A DNA stretch of 64,000 nucleotides, taken from the NCBI GenBank assembly GCA_951812625.1, contig CATOSP010000002.1, positions 1,558,788 through 1,622,787 of the forward strand, given 5' to 3'. The notes below the pieces were generated by a model that was not told where the DNA came from, made no database searches, and was given only the letters and a program-made list of their open reading frames with translations. A program made the translations under genes and the position numbers. Origin of the DNA: an uncultured Dehalococcoidia bacterium (lineage in GTDB: Bacteria; Chloroflexota; Dehalococcoidia; Lucifugimonadales; UBA3495). Of this stretch, positions 57,095 through 64,000 are shown piece by piece (within the stretch, counting starts at the first letter, position 1; every line of letters starts with the position of its first letter).

Positions 57095-58351
57095 ATGAAC
57101 GAGTTCCAACGTGTCCTGATAACTGGGATTGGAATTGTCAGCCCCCTAGGACTAGATGTGCCCTCTACTTGGCAGCGACTGGTTGAAGGCAAGTCCGGGA
57201 TCGATTACATCACAGCCTTCGACTCGACAGGGTTCGATACACAAATCGCTGGTGAGGTAAAGGGCTTCGACCCGGAGGACTACCTGGACCGCAAGGAGGC
57301 GAGACGGATGGACCGCTTCGCCCAGCTTGCCGCGGTGGCGGCCCAGGAAGCGTGCCGTCGGGCCCAACTCGATCCGCGCTCCGGTGATCCCTACCGCGTA
57401 GGAGTGATCATTGGCAGCGGCATCGGCGGGATTATCACCCTGAGCCAGCAGCAGGAAGTCTTGAGCCAACGGGGACCGAAACGGGTAAGCCCCTTCCTGA
57501 TCCCCATGATGCTCGCGGACATGGCCTCGGCCCAGGTATCGATGGTTACCGGGGCGATGGGGGCCAATTACTGCTTGGTGTCGTCGTGCTCCAGTGGCGC
57601 TGACGCTTTGGGACAGGGTTGGGAGATGGTTCGCCGGGGACAGGAGGATATCGTGCTGGCGGGTGGTAGCGAGGCACCCGTTTCCCCCATAGCCGTGGCG
57701 GGCTTCAACTCCATGCGCGCTCTGTCGAGATTCAATGAATCGCCCCAAGAGGCCAGCCGCCCTTTCGATATACAACGGGACGGGTTCGTGATGTCCGAGG
57801 GGGCCGCAGTCCTGGTGCTTGAGAGCGAGAGCAGCGCGCAACGTAGGGGGGTTTTGCCGTTGGCGGAACTTCGCGGCTACGGGGCCACATCCGACGCGCA
57901 TCACCTGACCGAGCCAGGGCCGACAGGCCAGAGCGCGGCCCGTGCCATGCTGCTAGCCCTGGAATCGTCGAGATTGGACCCTTCGCATGTGGACTATGTT
58001 AACGCCCATGGCACATCGACTCCATTGAACGACCGACAGGAGACCAAGGCAATCAAACTGGCTCTCGGGGAAGAAGCACACCGCATTCCCATAAGTTCCA
58101 CTAAGTCTATGACCGGTCACCTGCTAGGCGCAGGCGGAGCGTTGGAAGCGGCCATCTGCGTGCAGGCCCTGCTGAATGAAGCGCTGCCCCCCACGATCAA
58201 CCTCCGGGAGCGGGACCCGGAATGCGACTTGGACTACACACCCAATCAGGCCCGGCATCAGCAAGTGCGAGTGGCGATGAGCAACTCCTTCGGCTTCGGG
58301 GGACACAACTCCGTCCTAGTTTTCACCCACTCGGACTGCCCCACGCCGTAG
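57095..58351 (+). CDS. fabF: Beta-ketoacyl-ACP synthase II paralogue
   Basis: VLITGIGIVSPLG, active-site [13 protein letters not shown] and GHLLGAGG. The Cys-His-His triad is intact. Confidence 0.9.
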   Translation: MNEFQRVLITGIGIVSPLGLDVPSTWQRLVEGKSGIDYITAFDSTGFDTQIAGEVKGFDPEDYLDRKEARRMDRFAQLAAVAAQEACRRAQLDPRSGDPYRVGVIIGSGIGGIITLSQQQEVLSQRGPKRVSPFLIPMMLADMASAQVSMVTGAMGANYCLVSSCSSGADALGQGWEMVRRGQEDIVLAGGSEAPVSPIAVAGFNSMRALSRFNESPQEASRPFDIQRDGFVMSEGAAVLVLESESSAQRRGVLPLAELRGYGATSDAHHLTEPGPTGQSAARAMLLALESSRLDPSHVDYVNAHGTSTPLNDRQETKAIKLALGEEAHRIPISSTKSMTGHLLGAGGALEAAICVQALLNEALPPTINLRERDPECDLDYTPNQARHQQVRVAMSNSFGFGGHNSVLVFTHSDCPTP

Positions 58352-58369
58352 GCATAGGCGGGCCTGCTA

Positions 58370-60058
58370 ATGACCAACGCACCAGTCAAGGAGTGGGCCT
58401 TCCCGAAACCGATTAACCCATCGGAGCTTCCCGCCGACATCCCAATACCCATCAGGGAGCTGCTGGCCCGCAGGAACATCGATACTTCCGAGAAGCTGCG
58501 GTTCTTCCTTGACCCTCCACACCGCCTACCCTACGACCCTCAACGCATGACTGGTATGGACCGCGCAGTCGCAAGGCTGTACCAGGCCGTCCAGCGTGGA
58601 GAGAATGTGGGCGTATTCGGCGACTTCGACGTTGACGGCGTCACCGGCACGGCCATTATTTCCGAAGGCCTGGCGACACTCGGCATCAACGTAGTCCCTT
58701 ATCTTCCGCGCCGGTCCGAGGAGGGACACGGCCTGTCCAACAGCGCCATCGACCAGCTCATTGGACAGGGAGTGACCCTGATCATCACCGTTGATTGCGG
58801 AGTGACATCTGCCCCGGAAGTGGCTCACGCCCGGACCCTCGGCGCGGACATGATCATCACCGACCATCATTTGCCCCAGGACGAGCTTCCCAATGCGGCA
58901 GCAGTCCTGAACCCTAAACTCCCTGGCGGGACCTACCCGTTTTTCGACCTCTGCGGCGCAGGGCTGGCCTTCAAGCTGATGCAGGGCCTGTATGAATTTC
59001 ACGGCCAGCCATGGAACGTTGGGCTGCTGGAATTGGCGGCACTGGGTACGATTGCCGACCTGGTGCCGCTGGTAGACGAGAATCGGTACCTGGTACAGCG
59101 AGGTCTTACTGCCCTCTCGAACACCCGCCGCCCAGGGATGCTGGCCCTTTACCGGCGGGCGAGGGTTGATCCTGGCCACATCGATACTGAGACTGTGTCC
59201 TTCCAGATTGCCCCTCGCATCAACTCACCTGGCAGAATGGGCCATGCGATGGACAGCTATCAACTGCTGACCTGTAGTTCACAGGTTGAGGCGGAGCATC
59301 TGGCTGATCACATAGAGGACCTGAACCGGGAACGCCGTAACCAGAGCGAGGAGGCGTACCGGATTGCTCTGGAGCACGTCTCAGCGGCGGTCTCGTCAGG
59401 AACGCCCTCGATACTAATGGTTGAAGACCGCCGCATCGACGCAGGAGTGTCCGGGATTGTCGCCAGCAGGCTGGTTGAGACCTATTTCCGTCCGGCGGTG
59501 GTAGTATCAACTCGTGGAGAGAACCTGGTGGCCAGTGCCCGGAGCATTCCCGGATTTAACCTTGCCGAGGCGTTCGCCAAATTTCAGGACAGAATGGTGC
59601 GCTATGGCGGTCACGCTCAGGCTGCCGGATTCACGATTGCGAAAGACAGGTATCCTGATCTTGTGGCCAACCTCACCTCGTATGCGGATGCAATCCTGGG
59701 CCAATGGGACCTGCGTCCGACGCAGCACATCGACGTGGAGCTGGACCTCTCAGTCCTGACCGGAGATTCCCTCCAGTGGTTGTCTCTGCTGGAACCCTTC
59801 GGCCAGGGCAACCCTGCTCCTGTCTTCTTGACTCGGGGGCTGGACGTTCTCGGGTTCCGGTGGATGGGCGCGTCAAGCCAACATTTCGCACTTAACGTGG
59901 CGGGTGGAGACAGAACGTGGACCGCGCTGGGCTTCAACCTGGCCGAATCGTGGGACAAACGTGCGAAAAAGGTGGACTTGGTCTACTCCATCATAGACGA
60001 CAGGCGCCAAGGTCCCGGCGCGAAGGCCTTGCGAATACTGGACTTCCGCTCCGCCTAG
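58370..60058 (+). CDS. recJ: Single-stranded-DNA-specific exonuclease RecJ
   Basis: DHH motifs GDFDVDGVTG, ITVDCG and ITDHH, plus the DHHA1 region (GGHAQAAG). Confidence 0.9.
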   Translation: MTNAPVKEWAFPKPINPSELPADIPIPIRELLARRNIDTSEKLRFFLDPPHRLPYDPQRMTGMDRAVARLYQAVQRGENVGVFGDFDVDGVTGTAIISEGLATLGINVVPYLPRRSEEGHGLSNSAIDQLIGQGVTLIITVDCGVTSAPEVAHARTLGADMIITDHHLPQDELPNAAAVLNPKLPGGTYPFFDLCGAGLAFKLMQGLYEFHGQPWNVGLLELAALGTIADLVPLVDENRYLVQRGLTALSNTRRPGMLALYRRARVDPGHIDTETVSFQIAPRINSPGRMGHAMDSYQLLTCSSQVEAEHLADHIEDLNRERRNQSEEAYRIALEHVSAAVSSGTPSILMVEDRRIDAGVSGIVASRLVETYFRPAVVVSTRGENLVASARSIPGFNLAEAFAKFQDRMVRYGGHAQAAGFTIAKDRYPDLVANLTSYADAILGQWDLRPTQHIDVELDLSVLTGDSLQWLSLLEPFGQGNPAPVFLTRGLDVLGFRWMGASSQHFALNVAGGDRTWTALGFNLAESWDKRAKKVDLVYSIIDDRRQGPGAKALRILDFRSA

Positions 60059-60123
60059 CCATAGGGTTGGCGGAGACGACCGCGTGCCTCCGGGATCCGT
60101 TGACACTAAGATTATCCTCAGCC

Positions 60124-61026
60124 TCAGCCGGGTTCGGCCGCGCTGCTCCGCCGCTCGCCTCCCGGACCCGGCCGGACGATCTGAGCCTTGTAGACCAGCA
60201 ATGGAATGGCTATAACGATAACCAGCAGTGCCAGGACCTGTGCCTGGTTCAGCACTCCAAAGTACTCGTTTACCTCGACCCTCAGGAAGCTGAGGAAGAA
60301 CCTTCCAACGGAGTAAAGTGCACCGTACATCACGAAGAACATGCCGTGAGGACGAAGCCTATGGCGGAATGGCCAGATAATGGCCACCAGGATTAGGTCG
60401 AACAACATCTCATAGGCGACTGCTGGGTGCGATGCAGGTTGCAGGTATCCGGGGCTGTCAGGGTGGGTGTAGGTGAAGGCCCAAGGCAGGTCGGACGCCC
60501 TGGCGAAATGCTCGCCATTGATTATGTCCCCGATTCTGCCGATGGCCATCGCAACCAGAAGCGCAGGAGCTGCCACGTCGGCCAGGTGGCCAACGCCGGG
60601 TAAAGGCGCACGGTCTGGCTCCCCCATAAACCGGAAATACCGGCCCCAGGCGCTGATGAACCACTCAGAGTTGCGCACGTTTATGTAGAGTGCACCCCCG
60701 ACGAAACCTCCGAGAATTGCCCCGTATATGGCGATCCCGCCCTCCCACACGTACAACAGCCGCACGGGGTCGTGCCGGTAGATCTCACCCCAGAAGTCGA
60801 TCACGTGGACCACGCGGGCACCGATTATCCCTCCGATGATGCACCAAAGCGCCACGGAATAAACCGCGTCGGCCGACATGCCCTCTTTGCGGCCCCAGTA
60901 CACAGTCAGTACGACCGCTGTGGCCACGGCAATGAACGTGAACAACCCGTGCCAGGAGATCAGGAACGGTCCGACATCCAGCAGGATCGGATCCAGTGGA
61001 ATGCCGATGATACCGAGATTGACCAT
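60124..61026 (-). CDS. lgt: Prolipoprotein diacylglyceryl transferase
   Basis: Polytopic membrane protein with ISWHGLF, GGIIGARV, GRIGDIINGEHFA and RFFLSFLR patterns. Confidence 0.85.
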   Translation of the reverse strand: MVNLGIIGIPLDPILLDVGPFLISWHGLFTFIAVATAVVLTVYWGRKEGMSADAVYSVALWCIIGGIIGARVVHVIDFWGEIYRHDPVRLLYVWEGGIAIYGAILGGFVGGALYINVRNSEWFISAWGRYFRFMGEPDRAPLPGVGHLADVAAPALLVAMAIGRIGDIINGEHFARASDLPWAFTYTHPDSPGYLQPASHPAVAYEMLFDLILVAIIWPFRHRLRPHGMFFVMYGALYSVGRFFLSFLRVEVNEYFGVLNQAQVLALLVIVIAIPLLVYKAQIVRPGPGGERRSSAAEPG

Positions 61027-61082
61027 CAGGACTCTTGTGTACCTCCCAAGGATGATAACGGATTATTGGCCAAGAACCCCAC

Positions 61083-61952
61083 TTACCGCGGGATGTCTTG
61101 CCTCTGGCCTATTGTGCGTACACGGTATACCCGTGCGGCATACGGTTTCAAGGCATCTGCGATGCCTCCATGTTCCACTTCGGTGGTAGGGAGGCAAAAT
61201 AACGCAGGGCCTGCCCCCGAAACCATCGACACGGAAGCCACTGCCCGGGACACTTCTTTCTTCAGGTCCAGCAGACCTGGGAACAAGCCCAGGCAGACCT
61301 CTTCCAACCCGTTGTGCATCGATTCTGGTACGAACCTGCCGCCATTTAGGATTTGCAATAGTTCCTCAGTGCGCCGGCCGGTGCCGTAATTACCCGGCGT
61401 AACGCTGGAATAGACCCGTCGCGTTTTGTCCGGGATCGTCTCCCATGGGCACACCAGCGTCATGGGTAAGGACTGCAATGGAGGGACCGGGTGTACTATC
61501 TCGCCCCTTCCCGATGCAAGCGCAGTACCGCCACACAAGAAAAAGGCAACGTCGGAACCAACTCCTGCCGCAACACCTGCAAGTTCGTCAAAGGAAAAGC
61601 CTAGTCCCCACAGCAAGTCCAGCGCCAGGAGGGCAGCCGCCGCATCACTGCTGCCACCACCCAAACCCATACCTACCGGAATAACCTTGTGCAGAACGAT
61701 TCGGGCGTGTGCACGGATGCGGGCGTGCTCGGCGAGGGCTAACGCCGCCTGCCATACCAAGTTGGACTCGTTCTGGAGAGATGGATCGTCACACTCCACA
61801 GTTAGGTCCGGTCCATCCTCCACTTCCAGCCTATCGTAGAGGTCTATGGTCTGGAGTACCGACTTTATCTCGTGGAATCCATCGGTCCGCCGCCCCAGCA
61901 CTTCCAGCGTGAGGTTGATCTTAGCCGGAGCAACGATTTCCACCCTGCTCAA
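61083..61952 (-). CDS. ispE: 4-(cytidine 5'-diphospho)-2-C-methyl-D-erythritol kinase
   Basis: APAKINLTLEVLGRRTDGFHEI and the GHMP motif PVGMGLGGGSSDAAA. Confidence 0.9.
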   Translation of the reverse strand: MSRVEIVAPAKINLTLEVLGRRTDGFHEIKSVLQTIDLYDRLEVEDGPDLTVECDDPSLQNESNLVWQAALALAEHARIRAHARIVLHKVIPVGMGLGGGSSDAAAALLALDLLWGLGFSFDELAGVAAGVGSDVAFFLCGGTALASGRGEIVHPVPPLQSLPMTLVCPWETIPDKTRRVYSSVTPGNYGTGRRTEELLQILNGGRFVPESMHNGLEEVCLGLFPGLLDLKKEVSRAVASVSMVSGAGPALFCLPTTEVEHGGIADALKPYAARVYRVRTIGQRQDIPR

Positions 61953-62862
61953 CTCCAGTTCTACCTGCTTCTTCCCAACGCCGATACACCGTTCCCCATT
62001 CTTCCAGAGTCAGGGTCTCGGGTCTCCGGCGTCCATCCAGACCGATGTCCTCGAGGATTTTCCCTGCATCCGCCGCCAGGATTCCCAAGCCCTGGCTAAG
62101 GGAATTGCGCAATTGCTTGCGCGGGGCGGCGAACCCGGCTCGGACGACTTCGAAGAAGCTGTCCGGTGATCCCACTTTGAACGCCGGGCTTGTCCGCACG
62201 TCCATCCGCACCACCGAGGACGCCACTTTCGGAGCCGGGCGAAACGCCCTGGAGGGAACGTTGCAGACCAGCCTGGGGACAGCGTAGAACTGGATTGCAA
62301 CCGACAGGATACCCATCCTGCCCGGTTGAGCCACCATGGACTGAGCCACCTCCCTCTGCACCATCACCACCATTGATTCGGGCTTTGTATCAGACTCCAG
62401 GAACCGGCGTATGATGGGGCTGGCGGCATAATAGGGGAGGTTTGCCACAACACGGTAGGAACTGTCCGCGTCGACCAGGGATGCAAAGTCAACTGTGCGA
62501 GCATCGGCGTGGACGACAGTCAGGTTGGGAGGAAATTCCAGCCGGTATGGCAACTCCTTGGCAAGGGCACCGTCCATCTCTACTGCGACGACGCTGCCTG
62601 CGCTCCGCACCAGTCTGCGCGTCAACACTCCCCGCCCCGGTCCGACTTCCAGAACGACAGTATCTCGAGTGAGGTCGGCGGCGGCCACGATGCGGTCAAG
62701 TATTCGGCCGTCCGCCAGGAAATGCTGCCCCAGAGACTTCCTTGGTCTGGGTCCAGACCGTGGAAGCGGGACAAGTCCATTGGATCGAGGTGAACCCCCG
62801 GCAGCCTTGGGTTCCACGGTTAGCGGATTAGAGACCGCGCACCTCCCTTTGACGACGACCAT
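61921..62862 (-). CDS. rsmA: 16S rRNA (adenine1518/1519-N6)-dimethyltransferase
   Basis: PRKSLGQHFL, VLEVGPGRGVLT and NLPYY. The N-terminal about 40 aa are unconserved-looking, so the start is uncertain. It overlaps ispE by 32 nt. Confidence 0.9.
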   Translation of the reverse strand: MVVVKGRCAVSNPLTVEPKAAGGSPRSNGLVPLPRSGPRPRKSLGQHFLADGRILDRIVAAADLTRDTVVLEVGPGRGVLTRRLVRSAGSVVAVEMDGALAKELPYRLEFPPNLTVVHADARTVDFASLVDADSSYRVVANLPYYAASPIIRRFLESDTKPESMVVMVQREVAQSMVAQPGRMGILSVAIQFYAVPRLVCNVPSRAFRPAPKVASSVVRMDVRTSPAFKVGSPDSFFEVVRAGFAAPRKQLRNSLSQGLGILAADAGKILEDIGLDGRRRPETLTLEEWGTVYRRWEEAGRTGVEQGGNRCSG

Positions 62863-62887
62863 TGAACGTGCACCGGGCTGTGACTCG

Positions 62888-62982
62888 GGTCAGGCACTCC
62901 CACGGCACCCGCAGGAGCCTGCTTACCGTTGCTCCTTTCGGCCTGGCGGGGTTCACAAGTCTGCGCCGCGTGGGACCCAACC
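62888..62982 (-). ncRNA. ffs: Signal recognition particle RNA (small bacterial 4.5S-type)
   Basis: The minus strand reads GUGAACCCCGCCAGGCCGAAAGGAGCAACGGUAAGC. This is the conserved helix-8 core (CAGG/AGCA symmetric loop flanking a GNRA tetraloop). The flanks pair as UCCCACG/CGUGGGA, CGCAG/CUGCG and GGUUGGG/CCUGACC, giving a ~95-nt hairpin. Ends are approximate to +/-10 nt. Confidence 0.7.
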
Positions 62983-63288
62983 TTCAATATCGACGGCCCG
63001 GCACATTGGGCCAATGGAGCCGCCTGGGGGAGGCATTCAACCCCGCTATAGCGGATTGCGAGTTCAGGGCACCGCTAGCTCCCCGTCTAGCGCGGCCTCA
63101 ATAACATGGTAGGCCAGCAACCCAAGGGTGTCAAACAACCTCCCCATGCTAGTAACCGGGGAAACCCTGTCTGGAAGGTGCACTTCCGCGATACACTCGG
63201 GAGGAAGTGGTGAATACTTCGCTCACCAGCGATCGCATTGTTCCCACATCTGGCAGATGATAGAATCGCTACGAATTTGGAGGGCGCG

Positions 63289-64000
63289 ATGACGATTCGT
63301 ACCGCCGTTATCCCTGCAGCGGGGCTGGGCACACGATTCCTCCCGGCCACCAAGTCGATCCCCAAGGAGCTTATGCCCATCCTGGACAAACCCATGCTCC
63401 AGTACGTGGTAGAGGAGGCCGCCGAGGCAGGAATAGAGCGGGTCATAATCGTCACCGCGAGGGGCAAAGAATCCATCGCCGCCTACTTCCAGCCCCACGA
63501 GCATTTGGAACACCACCTTCTGGAAACCGGCGCGACCGATCTTGCAGGGAAGGTCCGGGCCGCTTCAGATCTGGCAGAGGTGTCTTTTGTAATCCAGGAA
63601 CAGCCCCTGGGTTTGGGCCACGCTGTTCTCACTGCCGAGGAGGCTGTTGACGGAGAGGGATTTGCCGTCATACTTCCGGACGACATATTTGATGCTTCCC
63701 CAGGAGTCCTCTCCCAATTGCTTATTGTGCAACAGGAGCATGGGGGTGGGGTCGTGTCGGTAGAGCAAGTTCCTTGGGAAGTGGTCAACAACTACGGCGT
63801 GGTAGAGGCGGATGCCGTGGCTGAGGATGTCCACCGCATCCGGTCACTGGTGGAAAAACCGGCCCGGGAAGATGCTCCGTCGAATCTGGCCATTGCCGGA
63901 CGCTACATCCTGCCCCCGGAGATTTTCGACTGTCTGAAGCGGACACCGCCCGGTGCGAAGGGAGAAATCCAGCTTACCGACGGCATGGCGATCCTGCTCG
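63289..64000 (+). CDS. galU: UTP--glucose-1-phosphate uridylyltransferase, 3-prime truncated by window edge
   Basis: This gene is not in the ORF track because it runs off the window. ATG 63289 follows GGAGGG. My translation reads MTIRTAVIPAAGLGTRFLPATKSIPKELMPILDKPMLQYVVEEA, the canonical GalU N-terminus. Confidence 0.85.
   Translation, partial: MTIRTAVIPAAGLGTRFLPATKSIPKELMPILDKPMLQYVVEEAAEAGIERVIIVTARGKESIAAYFQPHEHLEHHLLETGATDLAGKVRAASDLAEVSFVIQEQPLGLGHAVLTAEEAVDGEGFAVILPDDIFDASPGVLSQLLIVQQEHGGGVVSVEQVPWEVVNNYGVVEADAVAEDVHRIRSLVEKPAREDAPSNLAIAGRYILPPEIFDCLKRTPPGAKGEIQLTDGMAILL

Noticed and set aside
57152-57904. 250-aa minus-strand ORF
   Set aside because: It is antisense to the second fabF, which has an intact catalytic triad.
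62495-63112. 205-aa plus-strand ORF in the rsmA-galU gap
   Set aside because: It overlaps rsmA antisense and the SRP RNA locus. The product is Arg/Ser/Pro-rich. The conserved SRP helix-8 sequence explains the region better.
1-64000. Search for CRISPR arrays, IS elements, transposases, integrases, prophage or toxin-antitoxin/defence genes
   Set aside because: I saw no regularly spaced repeats, terminal inverted repeats or recognisable transposase, integrase, Cas or defence motifs. The tRNA-His/tRNA-Arg pair has no adjacent integrase.

Overview
A 64 kb, roughly 60% GC, gene-dense bacterial chromosomal segment. I support about 60 protein genes, 2 tRNAs and 1 SRP RNA. I found no CRISPR array, transposase, integrase or phage genes. 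Three features suggest a Chloroflexota-like organism (SAR202/Thermomicrobia-like): a split cofG/cofH F420 pathway, several LLM-class F420-type oxidoreductases, and an archaeal-type fructose-1,6-bisphosphate aldolase/phosphatase. This taxonomic call is inference only. Housekeeping genes include dinB (5-prime truncated), hisH-hisA, aspS, ruvB, folC, recJ, lgt, ispE, rsmA/ksgA, galU (3-prime truncated), fabI and two fabF paralogues. Accessory content includes a co-directional catabolic block at 11.7-22.2 kb (DUF35, SDR, CMD x2, ThDP enzyme, hydrolases, amidohydrolase-2, SMP-30 lactonase, GMC oxidoreductase). There is also a CoxM/CoxS pair without a large subunit next to a CysO-like carrier ending in GG-YC. 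Other accessory items are two orphan peptide-ABC permeases facing a secreted MA-clan peptidase, an mqnA/MTHFR-like pair, and an HpaB/LLM monooxygenase pair. The most unusual locus is at 54.9-58.4 kb. A B12-binding radical SAM enzyme there carries four exact 29-residue C-terminal repeats, is preceded by a 21/20-nt tandem repeat in its leader, and is followed by a second KAS II. A lower-GC gap with hypothetical genes lies at 39.9-42.7 kb. All functional calls rest on motif recognition in the translated ORFs. No database search was run.
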